Positions 46,237 to 57,013 of a stretch of 64,000 bases of DNA are shown here, in pieces. This DNA is from Candidatus Rifleibacteriota bacterium (GTDB taxonomy: Bacteria > Muiribacteriota > Ozemobacteria > Ozemobacterales > Ozemobacteraceae): assembly GCA_017417215.1 (NCBI GenBank), contig JAFPZP010000066.1, positions 82,814 to 146,813 on the forward strand, given 5' to 3'. Position 1 is the first letter of the stretch; every line of letters begins with the position of its first letter. Under the pieces are notes generated by a model. It was not told where the DNA came from. It saw only the letters and a list, made by a program, of their open reading frames with translations, and did no database searches. The position numbers were made by a program, and so were the translations under genes.

Positions 46237-49200
46237 ATGGCAAACAATAAGGTAACAAACAAGTCTTTCTATTGGTGTTTTAGCATTTTTGTGCTAATTC
46301 TTTTTATGACAACGGCCTCTACCGGGCAGGCTGCAATAAAGAATCCTGCGGTAGCTTTAACTTCTGATGCTAATGGCGACGGAATTGCAGGTATTGGAGA
46401 TACAATTACTTTAACTTGTAGATCCACTACTAACGATGCAACTATATATGTTACTTCATTACCTTCGTTAGGATTCACACAGTTACCATTGGTTGATATC
46501 GGCAACGGCTTGTATTCTGCCATATATACAGTTAGTGCCGGTAATGTTAATAGTCAGATTCAATTTATTTTTGATGATAACTCAGGAAGCACCCAGTCTG
46601 TTACCACTGGGTTTGTTCTGAATAGTAAACGCCCTTCAGCTAACGGCAGACCTTCTACAAATCGTGGTACTTCTTCTGATGGAACTTTTAAGAAAAACGA
46701 TACTTTAACTATTACTTTTAAGCTCAATAATTCAAATAACGGCGAAACAATGTATGCTGATTTAAGTGCATTGGGATTGGGCTATGTAGATATGGGTGCC
46801 AATGCAAACACTTTCAGTTGTAGTGTTGTTATGCCGGCAAATAAAGAGGGCACCAACCTCAGTTTCCCAGTAACTGCAATGAATGAAGCTGGTAACTCTG
46901 TTACCTGGACTTCAGCAGCCATAAACTACGATACTATTAATCCTGTAGTTCAGTCTGCTACAGCAGTAAACCAGACATCTAACAAACAGTATGTTACTGT
47001 TGGAGATACTATTAAAATACAGGCCGTAATCAGCAAATGGGATAATGATATTGTTACTGCTTCAAACTCTCTGCTTTTCCCAGGCGGTCCCGTTACAATG
47101 GAACATGTTTCCGGTGATACTATTGGGGCTATGGCTGTTTATGAATACTCTCATCCGGTTACAGAAGAAAATATATCTAATATTTCAACCTGTTTTGACA
47201 TAACAGTAATGGATGATGCAGAAAACACTGTAAAGAAATCCACAAACTATATAAGACTGGATACTCTTCCACCAGAATTTAAAACCTTATCTATTAAAAT
47301 TACTGACCCTGTAAAAGGTCTTTTGTCTAATGTAGCTATAATTGATGATAACCTTCAAATATTCGGTGATATGTCATCTTTGATGACAGATGTCACCTTA
47401 TTGGTTGATTTATCTGCAATAGGTGGCGTTTCTAATCAGATTATTCCTTTCGCTGATGGTTCTACTGCTCCTTCTGTTGCTACAACAAGTTTTTGTTTGA
47501 ATTATAATGTTGGTCAATATACTTCAGAAGATAATATTCCAAGAGCTTTTACTGTTACAGCTAAAGATATTGCGGGTAATATTATTACTCAGGTTACAAT
47601 GCCTGTAATCTATGTTGATAACTTACCTCCTACTATAAGTGCAGCTCAATTTATAAATGTAACATCAGCTAATCAGCCTGTAAAATTAGGCGATCAAATA
47701 GCTATTACTGCTTCTGTTGGTAATCCAGACAATGGAATTGTTTATGCAGATATCAGTAAGTTAGGCGGTTCTGATAAGGCTGAATTAAGTTTGTTCTCTG
47801 GGGTCAGTTACAGATTAGATCATGTCGTCAGTGAATCTATTAATCCTATGTTACCAGGCGGTATTGATCAATCATTAAGTTTTGTTGTTTTTGCTCAAGA
47901 TAATGCTGGTAATATTGTAGATACTACAACAGGAAATCTGATGGTTGATACAGAACCACCATTGATTTTGAATGCGACATATACTGTCAATCCAGCTCTT
48001 TCTGCTACACATAAATTTGTAAAAGCAGGCGATAGAATAACTTTTAAAGTTCAGTTAGCTAGTTCTACATCAACTGTTCATGATGGTGAAACTGTTACTA
48101 TGGATTTATCTGCTTTTGAAGGGCAGAGTGATAATACTGAACTTAATTATGGTGGTGGTTGGTATACTTATTCTTTTGATATTCCTGCTGGTAATTTGAA
48201 TTTTGACAATAACTTTACTGCCGTCGCCAAAGATAATGCTGGCAATACTGTTACAAGATCTATTCAAGTTAAAATAGACAATCAGAAGCCAGTTGTAGGT
48301 CCAATAGGTATTAATTTCCTGACAGATACTGCTAAAACTGGTGTAATTAATATAGGTGATAGAATTGAAATAATTGTTCCTGTTGATGATGCTGATGAAG
48401 GTTACTGCTATATGGATTTATCCATTATTGGTAGTAGCAGTAACTGCATTATTCCTTATGATCAGTTTGACACAGCTTTGAACAGATATTACCTTGTTAT
48501 AGATTGTAAAGATGCAGCCATAGAAAATCCTAGCTATGTATTTACTGCAAATGTATATGATAAAGCAGGAAATAAAATGAGTGGCATATCGTCACCATTT
48601 GTAGTTGACTGCCGCCGACCTGTCTGCAATGATTTCAGCGTAACTCATATAAAGAAAAAAGGAAAATCAGGCGTAGTAAACGTTGGTGATCAGATTAAAT
48701 TTACTGTTGAAGTTGACCCCTCAACTTTTGATAATGCTTCTGTAACAGTAAATCTTAAAAAGTTGGGTGGTTCATCTGCTCAAAAACTGGAAGATATTGG
48801 CGATAACATCTGGACATACACCTATACTGTTGAAAAGGGTGATACCAACGGCGAAGATGTTTTATTTAAATGTAAAATAACTGATGATGCAGGAAACTTT
48901 GTAGAAACTAATGCTCCAAAGAGTTTCTTCGTAGATAATTGCCCGGTAGAAATTGACAGTATTACTTTTGCTCAGACTACAGATACCAACGGCAACGATA
49001 TAGTTGACTTAGACGGTTCCTTTGTTGTTACTCCTGTTTACGCAACAGATTCAGTTACATTAACAGTAAATCTTTCTGCAAATGCAAGCGTTACTGTTGA
49101 TTTGACTAAATTCGGATATAACAATACTGCTTATTCTATTCCTGTTGTAACCTCTATTAGCGGTTATAAAGCCGAAGAAGTTATTGAGCCTAAGAAAGGT

Positions 49201-52200
49201 TCTACCAATAATGAAGCTGTTACCTTGACTGTTACTGCAACAGATGAAAATGGTAACCAGACAATAATGGATACTCCTAACAGTGTAAAGGTAGATAATA
49301 AACCGCCTGAAATATTGGTAGCTCCAGTAACTTTCACATACGATACCGGAAGACAGGGCGAAGCAAATAAGAATGACGTTATAAAGATTGAAGCAAATGT
49401 TACTGGCAATGATGGGTTGGCTCCATTGCTTGATTTCACAGAGCTTTATTCGGCAAATAATATGACTCCTCCAGGTGGAACAATAATGGAAGTTACACCT
49501 GGTAGTAATAAATATTCTGCCACATTCACTGTTCCTGAAGGTCTCTTATCAAAGAATAGACTGGCTATAATTGCTAAGGATTCTTCTGGAAATATGACAG
49601 TTGCTCAAACTGAAATTATAAGATTTATTTCGAAAATTCCTGAAGTAAATCAGACTTCAGTAGCAATAATTGATGATAAAAATTCAAATGGAATCTTGAA
49701 TCCTGGTGATACAGTAAGAATTAGCTGTAACCTGAGAGGTGCATTTGAAGATAATAATACTCCTCCAACAAAAGTTGTTGTAGATATAGGTGGAATAACA
49801 GATTCAGACAGTAATGCTTTTTATACTGGTGATGTTGAAAATCCTGAAAAACGTTGTTGGGTAGAATTAACATGGGATGGAGATTCTGGAGACCCATATC
49901 TGTATACAGGTGAATTTGTCGCATCTCCAACTGTTAAACTTAATCGTGGAACCGATGCAGAAAGTATTGATTTCATAATCAGGGTTCTTCACCCGGATTC
50001 TACAACAGAAACCATGTATACTACTACAGTTACTGGTGAGTTCCCTGTTGATACCAAAATGCCTCTTGTTGTAAATGGTTCTACAAAACTGACTATTGTA
50101 GATGAAAACGGCGATAATACAGCTTCATATTCTGCAAATATTGGCGATTTTATGGAAGTTAAGACAGAAATTAAATTCTTCGATGATTTTGCTTCTGCAA
50201 CTGCCGTATTATATATGCCTAACAATGGTGAAATATTAGGTTATGTTCCATTAGTAAGAAATACTGGTACAGATGTTTGGATTGGTAACTTTGAAGTTGC
50301 TACAGGTACTAGAAAAGCAGGAGAAGTTGTTGGTGAAAATGAATGGCGTATAATAAATGAAGAAGCTGTAAAAATTAAGATTTTTGCAACTGATGACGCA
50401 GACAATACCGCTTCTTCTAGTTTGACTACACCTTCACCTGCAATTAAGATGGATAATAAGCCACCGCAAATCAGTACTTCACATACTGAAACTTATATTG
50501 AATGTGTAAATACTAATGCTGACTCCTGGACTGGCGTCAATGTATGGAATGGCTTAGCTACAGATAGTATACATGTTAAGGTAACATTAACAGAAGGTAT
50601 TAATGCCACTATAGGTAAGGGTTATGCCTATATTGATTTATCACCTATTAATGGTACTTCAACCTATTTGCTTAAACCTAGTACCGGAGCTAACTGCACT
50701 ATTTTTGAAACTGTTGCAGGAATTACTTACGGAGATAGATACGATCACTATATAAGCAATTCCGAAGTAGATTTAGGCAGTTATAGTTTCAAAATATGGG
50801 TTGTTGACGGTGCAGGTAATAAGAACTTTTTTGAAGATACTGTCAATCTTCTCGGCATAGATACCAAACGACCTGTTATTGAAAGTATGGCTTATGATGG
50901 AGCTATGCTTACAATTAAATTCTCTGAACCAGTTCAGCCTGGAACAATAGATGTAGATAATATAAGAATGGGTAGAGCCAATGTTTCAGGAGTTCAGAGT
51001 CTTCATAAAGACGTAGACGTTATTCAGGGCACAGCAGTTAAGTTTTCTTCAACTCCTGTATCTGCTGACCCCGAAGACTATGAAAAAGTTTCTCCTCTTA
51101 CAACTAACTCACAATATGTCTACATAATGCTTGGTAAAACAGTAAAGAGCAAAATCGCTGATTGGGGTTCAACTAAGCTGTTCCTTTCTATTGCTAGTAT
51201 AGATGACGATCCAGGCCAAATTACTGATACAACAGATATAAATTATAAAGAAACTGGTTTGGGTGTAGATGTTGCTAATAACTGGATAACTCCTGTTTTA
51301 AGAGGTTCTCCAATGGAAATAACCATCAGCAATGAACAGTATTGTGAAAGACCTAACCTGATTGGTGGTCGTTATAATGCTGCTTCTACAAATATTGATG
51401 GTGATTATTTACATTTGACTTTTGATAGGTCTATGGATAAAACTACTTTAACAGAAGATTCAATTAGTAAGTTGGCAATCTGGTATAATAATTCTTCTCA
51501 GTCAGAACTTTGGAATGTAAGATACAGAATGCAGCCCGGTAGTGATACTTATGATCTTGGAGATACATATAATACTTCTAGTTGTAATGCATTCTCTGTA
51601 GGTATCAAGCTTTCTCAGGAAGCTAAAGACTGGATTGCTTTAACTTATGGCAACAGAGCTTCTGAAATCAGATTGCAGGTTAATGATTCAGAATATGACC
51701 CACCAGCTTTTATTAGAGATATAAACGGTAATAGAATCAATGCTATATTACCAAGTTATTCAATAGCTGCAAGTTTAACTCCATTGGTAAGTCCTTTCTC
51801 TATGACCTCTGGTGTGAAACTTGATTTAACTGGAACAGTTCCAATGCTCACTATTAACTTCAATAATCGTAGAGCTAGATTGTTCCAGGATACATACTCT
51901 GCAACCAGCCTTCAGGTTGGTAAAACCATGCCTGCTGATCTGTCAAGAATATACATTTGTTCTGATGAAAGAGTCAGCACAGGCAATAATATCTGTTTAG
52001 GTACTTCTGGCACAATTCCCGCAATGGTTAATTGGAATTCTGGTGCTACAAGTTATACCTCTTTGAATGATTTTGCTTCATCTACAGTTCGTATTCCACT
52101 TACCGATACAGCTTTAAATACTATATTGACTTGGGGAACAAGCCAATTCTACTTGAGATGTGAAAACGGAGCATTTAGAGACCTTTGGGGCAATTTAAGT

Positions 52201-55200
52201 GAACCATTTGCAGATTCTAATAATAATGGTGCTTTAATTGAAACAGTAATGCCAAGCGGTAGTGAATTCGCAGAACCTAAGATTTATTCTGTAGCTTTAA
52301 CTCCAGTAGTAGAAGGCTTAGCTGGTAGAACTTTATTTAAAGGTCATACAGCAAACACCTTTATGTATGAAGTAAGTTTTGAAACAGCTACACTTTCCAG
52401 CAATATCAGAGTTCCTATTGCCCAGAATGTAACTCCAACCTTGAAGTTATATACTCAAAATGGTGACAGTTTAATAGATTCTGGAACCTTTGTTGAATGG
52501 GGAGAACATAATCAGGGTGGTGTAAGTAGAACCTATGTAAGATTTGCTAACTCAGGCTTATCTGAAGCTGGAACCTTCCAAAGAGAACCTGTATATGTTA
52601 AGGTCGAAGGCTTTACTGATATATTCAGAGCAACTCAAAGCTTTGAAGATACTGCTTCTTTCTCATACGATCTTACTAAAAAGATGGAAGGAACAGCTTA
52701 TCCAACAGGATTTAATCAGGTTGCAAGTTATCCAATGGAATTCGATAACTGTGCTCCAACTGTTTTGACTGCAACTTCTACTGTAGCTAACGTGGCTCCT
52801 GTAGACTATATTGTTGGAGTAACATCTAAGAATAACTTGAAAGTTGTTGTAACCTTCAGCGAAAACATGTTCCAAAGCACTAATACATCTGCAATGCCTT
52901 CTTTGAAACTTGTAACTTCAGCTGGAGCAACAGTAATGCCATTTACATTCAGCAGATGGCAAAGCCCAACTGAAGCTGAATATCTCAATGCTGCAGACTT
53001 TGATAGCAATACTACTCAGGGCAAAGCTTATTTCATGATAAGCGGCGGTTACGACGAAGCTGGAAATGCTTTGGCAGATGTAACCTTAGCAGATTATCTT
53101 GATATTAAGTCTAAAGGCCCGACTATTAATAGTATTATTGTTAAGACTTTGCAATATACAACAGCTAATTCAGCAGATGATTATCAGACAAATGTAGCTT
53201 ACAGCCCCTCTGTAAGTTCAAATTACTATGAAGATACTGTTGCTCATCCTTATGGTATGGGTGAAGGTCTTGGTGTTGCTACTATTACTGTAACCTTTGA
53301 TTCTGCTCCAGAAGGAAATACTGGAGAAATAAGAATCTATACTATAGATGGAGCAACTTTGGTAAGAAGACTTGATGCTGTTCAAGCTTCATCTGCTACT
53401 GAATGGTATGCAGAATGGGATGGTAGAAGAGATGATGGAACTTTAATTACCTCTAATTATCAGATTACTTATTTAATTAAGTTCTTTGATGCTGCAGGCA
53501 ATGAAGGAAGCCGTACTGGTCAGATTATTTACGATAATTCTTCACCAAAAGTTATCGAATGGCAATTCCCGAATCTAAAAGTTGTTAATAATGTTGCTTA
53601 TTTCAGTCCTAGCGCTCAATCTTCTGCCAGAATTAACGTAATTACTGGTGATTTAGGCCAAACCATGAAAATGCGTTTGTCTAGAAAGAATCCAGATCCA
53701 GCTCAGCATGATATTATAAATACCTATGTAATGAGTTCTTATGGAAATTCTGGCTATACAATTGCATTTGATGGTAATGGTTCTGTTAGTGCAACTGAAG
53801 CATTGGTCGGAAGTTGGGCAGTTGACCTTGTTGATACTGCAGGTAATATTGGTGTCGGTTTAAATGCATCCAGCAAACCGGTTGCTACATTGTATATAGA
53901 TAGAACTGCTCCAAATATTACTAACATTACTCTTCAGAAGGTTACTGCAGATTTGACTCCTGTTGGTGATCCTGGAATAGACAGATTCAATGCAAGACTT
54001 AACAATCTTAAGATTATGATTGTTGACAGTACTGTTGCTGATGACCCATTAGATGATGGCACTGGCATAGTCAAGATTATGTCTGGTAATACTGTTCTTA
54101 GAGAAATCTTTACTGTAAAAACCGGAAGTGACTTATATGCCGTATGGGATGGCAATGACGACAATGGTGCTCCTGTTCCTGATGGAACTTACACCATTAA
54201 AGTTTCTGACCTTGCTGGCAACGAAGGCACTCTGACCAAAGAAGTAACATTGATTCGTTCAGTATTCTCATTAACAGGTGTTGAACAGGTCGGACTTGAT
54301 TCTATTAAAATGGTATTCAGCCAGAAAGTAGAACCTACAACAATCGGTGCTGCTTATACTATCAGTCCAATTAATCCTCCTGGTTTGCAGATTTCTAATG
54401 CTACATTGAGCTCAAGTGATGCAACCATAGTTATGGCTTCTATTACACCTGCGTTGACTGTTAATCAGCATAATATTGAATATACAGTAACTGTTCCGGC
54501 AGATACTGTTAAGAGTATTGATGGTGATTCAATCACAGCTGGTAATAATACTGCTAAGTTTACTGCAGATACAAAAGGACCTAGTATAGTTGCTATAACT
54601 TATGATGGTTTGAATTCTCAGAAACAGTTCAATGTAGTCTTTGATGAACAGGTTGAATCTGGTAGTGCAATAACTGTTGCAAATTACAAACTGGCAATTG
54701 GTGGAACAGATGTTCCGATAACTTCTGTTGTATTAAGAGCTGATAATAAATCTGTTACTATTACTTCTTCAAGTGATATTGAAGAAGGCACAAATTATAC
54801 TTTAACAGTAAAAGATGTTAAAGATTTGTCTGGAAATAAGAGTGACACTAATATTACTTTTGAAGGTCGTGATATTACTCCTCCTGTTTTAATTATTACC
54901 GCTTTCAGCACTCCAGCAAATGTAAGAGATATAGTTATCGCTGTTAAAGCAAATGAAGATATTTCTGGACTTCCAACTGCAGTAATCAGCCAGACTGGAA
55001 CTGTTGCTAACAGTATTCAGCTTGTATCAACTGGTAATAATAGAATATTTACAGGTGGTTATCACCTTGATTCTAATTATGCTGGTGTTGCAACAATTAA
55101 AGTTACTGCTACAGACTTATCAAATAACGTTGGAACAGGCAATTACAGCTTTACAACTGCTTATGTAAGTTCTTCTGCACGAGCTTCTATAACATCAGCA

Positions 55201-56253
55201 GATAAGGTTGCAACTGTTGTATTTGAAAAGGGTAGCTTGAAATCTAATTCAACTGTAATGTTTATGACTGAACAGTTGGTTAAGATTGAAAATGCTTCTG
55301 ATACTGCTGTTAGAGCATCAATTATTCCTGCTGTTTCTGAAGGAATGAATACAGAAACAAGAGCTTCGTTGAGAGCTACTATAGACATCAATGCTCAGAA
55401 CGATAAAGTAGTTCAGGAACTTACACCCTTTGGTGACGGCTATAAGCTTATTGTTCCAACCAATAATCTTACTAAGTCTGTTAATATCAGCATGAAACTT
55501 AGTGATGAACAATTAGCTGCAACAAATGCTGGTCTTTACGAATATACCAATAACACTTGGAAATTGGTTAAGACTTCTGTTGCTAGCGGAACAGCCAGAT
55601 TCTCTACAAAAGATGGCAGTCTGTTTGCTGTTATGAAAGATACTATGGCTCCAAGAGCATCAATAACCAATGACTTAACGAAGGTAATTAAGACATCTAA
55701 GCCTGTATTTACTTGGAATATTACCGAATATGCATCAGGAATTGATAAGAATAATATAAAAGCCGTCTTGGATGGAAAAGAATATGATGTAATGCTCAGC
55801 AAAGATGGTACTGTTGCTAAGTTTACACCGCCTAGTCTTAATACTGGTGAACACGAATTAGGTATTAATGTGATTGACCTAGCTGGTAATAGGGCTTCAA
55901 TTGATTCTGGACGCTTTACAGCACTTATTTCTTTGGTAATTGAAGATGTATCAAGCTACCCGAATCCTGCAAAAAATTATTCAAAAATCAGATTTAAGGT
56001 TAGCGGAAATCAAATAAATGCCGATGAAGTAAGTGTAAAAATTTATGACGTTGCCGGTCACCTTGTCGCAGATGCTAGTAACATTGATATGAGAGGTGGA
56101 AAGGCCAATATCTATGAAGCTCGTTGGGATTTAAGAAACAAGAAAGGCAAGAAAGTAGCAAATGGCGCCTATATTGCTAGAATTGAAGTAAGAGATCCTA
56201 TCAATTGGGGCAAAAAAGCTAAGTATACGCTGAAAATAGCTGTTCTTAAATAG
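46237..56253 (+). CDS. giant secreted Ig-like-repeat surface protein with FlgD-Ig/T9SS-CTD-like C-terminal domain (giant 2)
   Basis: I prefer the ATG at 46237, with AGGAGA about 11 nt upstream, giving about 3338 aa; the track starts at TTG 46180. It has an N-terminal hydrophobic signal (FYWCFSIFVLILFMTTASTGQAA) and many D-x-AGN-terminated roughly 100-aa domains. It is colinear with giant 1. The C-terminus reads YPNPAKNYSKIRFK...VKIYDVAGHLVA...RWDLRNKKGKKVANGAYIARIE...LKIAVLK. Confidence 0.85.
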   Translation: MANNKVTNKSFYWCFSIFVLILFMTTASTGQAAIKNPAVALTSDANGDGIAGIGDTITLTCRSTTNDATIYVTSLPSLGFTQLPLVDIGNGLYSAIYTVSAGNVNSQIQFIFDDNSGSTQSVTTGFVLNSKRPSANGRPSTNRGTSSDGTFKKNDTLTITFKLNNSNNGETMYADLSALGLGYVDMGANANTFSCSVVMPANKEGTNLSFPVTAMNEAGNSVTWTSAAINYDTINPVVQSATAVNQTSNKQYVTVGDTIKIQAVISKWDNDIVTASNSLLFPGGPVTMEHVSGDTIGAMAVYEYSHPVTEENISNISTCFDITVMDDAENTVKKSTNYIRLDTLPPEFKTLSIKITDPVKGLLSNVAIIDDNLQIFGDMSSLMTDVTLLVDLSAIGGVSNQIIPFADGSTAPSVATTSFCLNYNVGQYTSEDNIPRAFTVTAKDIAGNIITQVTMPVIYVDNLPPTISAAQFINVTSANQPVKLGDQIAITASVGNPDNGIVYADISKLGGSDKAELSLFSGVSYRLDHVVSESINPMLPGGIDQSLSFVVFAQDNAGNIVDTTTGNLMVDTEPPLILNATYTVNPALSATHKFVKAGDRITFKVQLASSTSTVHDGETVTMDLSAFEGQSDNTELNYGGGWYTYSFDIPAGNLNFDNNFTAVAKDNAGNTVTRSIQVKIDNQKPVVGPIGINFLTDTAKTGVINIGDRIEIIVPVDDADEGYCYMDLSIIGSSSNCIIPYDQFDTALNRYYLVIDCKDAAIENPSYVFTANVYDKAGNKMSGISSPFVVDCRRPVCNDFSVTHIKKKGKSGVVNVGDQIKFTVEVDPSTFDNASVTVNLKKLGGSSAQKLEDIGDNIWTYTYTVEKGDTNGEDVLFKCKITDDAGNFVETNAPKSFFVDNCPVEIDSITFAQTTDTNGNDIVDLDGSFVVTPVYATDSVTLTVNLSANASVTVDLTKFGYNNTAYSIPVVTSISGYKAEEVIEPKKGSTNNEAVTLTVTATDENGNQTIMDTPNSVKVDNKPPEILVAPVTFTYDTGRQGEANKNDVIKIEANVTGNDGLAPLLDFTELYSANNMTPPGGTIMEVTPGSNKYSATFTVPEGLLSKNRLAIIAKDSSGNMTVAQTEIIRFISKIPEVNQTSVAIIDDKNSNGILNPGDTVRISCNLRGAFEDNNTPPTKVVVDIGGITDSDSNAFYTGDVENPEKRCWVELTWDGDSGDPYLYTGEFVASPTVKLNRGTDAESIDFIIRVLHPDSTTETMYTTTVTGEFPVDTKMPLVVNGSTKLTIVDENGDNTASYSANIGDFMEVKTEIKFFDDFASATAVLYMPNNGEILGYVPLVRNTGTDVWIGNFEVATGTRKAGEVVGENEWRIINEEAVKIKIFATDDADNTASSSLTTPSPAIKMDNKPPQISTSHTETYIECVNTNADSWTGVNVWNGLATDSIHVKVTLTEGINATIGKGYAYIDLSPINGTSTYLLKPSTGANCTIFETVAGITYGDRYDHYISNSEVDLGSYSFKIWVVDGAGNKNFFEDTVNLLGIDTKRPVIESMAYDGAMLTIKFSEPVQPGTIDVDNIRMGRANVSGVQSLHKDVDVIQGTAVKFSSTPVSADPEDYEKVSPLTTNSQYVYIMLGKTVKSKIADWGSTKLFLSIASIDDDPGQITDTTDINYKETGLGVDVANNWITPVLRGSPMEITISNEQYCERPNLIGGRYNAASTNIDGDYLHLTFDRSMDKTTLTEDSISKLAIWYNNSSQSELWNVRYRMQPGSDTYDLGDTYNTSSCNAFSVGIKLSQEAKDWIALTYGNRASEIRLQVNDSEYDPPAFIRDINGNRINAILPSYSIAASLTPLVSPFSMTSGVKLDLTGTVPMLTINFNNRRARLFQDTYSATSLQVGKTMPADLSRIYICSDERVSTGNNICLGTSGTIPAMVNWNSGATSYTSLNDFASSTVRIPLTDTALNTILTWGTSQFYLRCENGAFRDLWGNLSEPFADSNNNGALIETVMPSGSEFAEPKIYSVALTPVVEGLAGRTLFKGHTANTFMYEVSFETATLSSNIRVPIAQNVTPTLKLYTQNGDSLIDSGTFVEWGEHNQGGVSRTYVRFANSGLSEAGTFQREPVYVKVEGFTDIFRATQSFEDTASFSYDLTKKMEGTAYPTGFNQVASYPMEFDNCAPTVLTATSTVANVAPVDYIVGVTSKNNLKVVVTFSENMFQSTNTSAMPSLKLVTSAGATVMPFTFSRWQSPTEAEYLNAADFDSNTTQGKAYFMISGGYDEAGNALADVTLADYLDIKSKGPTINSIIVKTLQYTTANSADDYQTNVAYSPSVSSNYYEDTVAHPYGMGEGLGVATITVTFDSAPEGNTGEIRIYTIDGATLVRRLDAVQASSATEWYAEWDGRRDDGTLITSNYQITYLIKFFDAAGNEGSRTGQIIYDNSSPKVIEWQFPNLKVVNNVAYFSPSAQSSARINVITGDLGQTMKMRLSRKNPDPAQHDIINTYVMSSYGNSGYTIAFDGNGSVSATEALVGSWAVDLVDTAGNIGVGLNASSKPVATLYIDRTAPNITNITLQKVTADLTPVGDPGIDRFNARLNNLKIMIVDSTVADDPLDDGTGIVKIMSGNTVLREIFTVKTGSDLYAVWDGNDDNGAPVPDGTYTIKVSDLAGNEGTLTKEVTLIRSVFSLTGVEQVGLDSIKMVFSQKVEPTTIGAAYTISPINPPGLQISNATLSSSDATIVMASITPALTVNQHNIEYTVTVPADTVKSIDGDSITAGNNTAKFTADTKGPSIVAITYDGLNSQKQFNVVFDEQVESGSAITVANYKLAIGGTDVPITSVVLRADNKSVTITSSSDIEEGTNYTLTVKDVKDLSGNKSDTNITFEGRDITPPVLIITAFSTPANVRDIVIAVKANEDISGLPTAVISQTGTVANSIQLVSTGNNRIFTGGYHLDSNYAGVATIKVTATDLSNNVGTGNYSFTTAYVSSSARASITSADKVATVVFEKGSLKSNSTVMFMTEQLVKIENASDTAVRASIIPAVSEGMNTETRASLRATIDINAQNDKVVQELTPFGDGYKLIVPTNNLTKSVNISMKLSDEQLAATNAGLYEYTNNTWKLVKTSVASGTARFSTKDGSLFAVMKDTMAPRASITNDLTKVIKTSKPVFTWNITEYASGIDKNNIKAVLDGKEYDVMLSKDGTVAKFTPPSLNTGEHELGINVIDLAGNRASIDSGRFTALISLVIEDVSSYPNPAKNYSKIRFKVSGNQINADEVSVKIYDVAGHLVADASNIDMRGGKANIYEARWDLRNKKGKKVANGAYIARIEVRDPINWGKKAKYTLKIAVLK

Positions 56254-56314
56254 TCTTTCGGAGGTCTTCTCCGAATTGACTAAGTAAGTAAGGTGTTAAT
56301 TTGGAGAAAGACTG

Positions 56315-57013
56315 ATGAATAAAAAGCTAATCGCATTATTTGCAATAATGGCTGTTATCTTGACACTAGCCAATGGCTGTGGTTCAAGCAGTGGAACTGG
56401 TCGTTATTCTGTTCCATCAGATATTATTAGTGGCGGCGGTGGTTCTGGACACAGCAGCGGTGGCTCAGGTGGCGGCGGAATTGTTGAAACAGACGTTGAT
56501 TCTCTAATCGCCAGTGGTTGGGAAGATTTCAAATACGGTGCTTATAGCAGTGCTATTAGTAAATTCAATGAAGCTTTATTAAATTCAGGCATATCTGATA
56601 CTCAAAAAGCTAGTGCTTATAATGGACTTGGATGGGCTTTAACTAAATCATCAGGTTCAGAATCTGGTTACTCAGCTTTTACTCAGGCTTCCGGATTAAA
56701 TGATGAAGCTAAAATTGGTTTAGCAGCGGCTTTAATGCAAAGAGGAACCAAAACTGCTTGTCAGCAGGCAGCTTCTTTGTTGGAAAGCCTTGGTTTAAAA
56801 GAAACTTCAACTGTTTTTACAGCTATTCACCCAATTGGAGTTACAAATGCTGGTGCTCATGCTATGCTTGCATGGTGTTACTTCATAATTGGTAACGAAG
56901 ATGGGGCAAGAGTGCAGATTACATTTGCTAGAGCAGCAGATGGAACTGCAGATAGCGCCGTAAATCAAATATATAACTCTCTAATTGCTATGGGGTTAAC
57001 CTTTAATGATTAA
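56315..57013 (+). CDS. TPR-like lipoprotein with Gly/Ser linker (paralog B)
   Basis: 232 aa with lipobox LANGC, a linker GGGGSGHSSGGSGGGG, then AYNGLGWALTKS and AHAMLAWCYFI, which match paralog A. Confidence 0.65.
   Translation: MNKKLIALFAIMAVILTLANGCGSSSGTGRYSVPSDIISGGGGSGHSSGGSGGGGIVETDVDSLIASGWEDFKYGAYSSAISKFNEALLNSGISDTQKASAYNGLGWALTKSSGSESGYSAFTQASGLNDEAKIGLAAALMQRGTKTACQQAASLLESLGLKETSTVFTAIHPIGVTNAGAHAMLAWCYFIIGNEDGARVQITFARAADGTADSAVNQIYNSLIAMGLTFND

Noticed and set aside
46269-55802. Minus and alternative-frame ORFs inside giant gene 2
   Set aside because: The same reasoning applies: they are embedded in a continuous 10-kb + strand ORF.
56257-56275. Hairpin ttcggag-gtctt-ctccgaa after giant 2 considered as a terminator
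   Set aside because: The stem is only 7 bp with no following T-run. The next gene starts 40 nt later and may be co-transcribed.
22517-57013. The surface locus considered as a prophage, integrative element or genomic island
   Set aside because: I saw no integrase, transposase, flanking direct repeats, tRNA or phage structural genes. The composition looks like the flanks by eye, though this was not computed.
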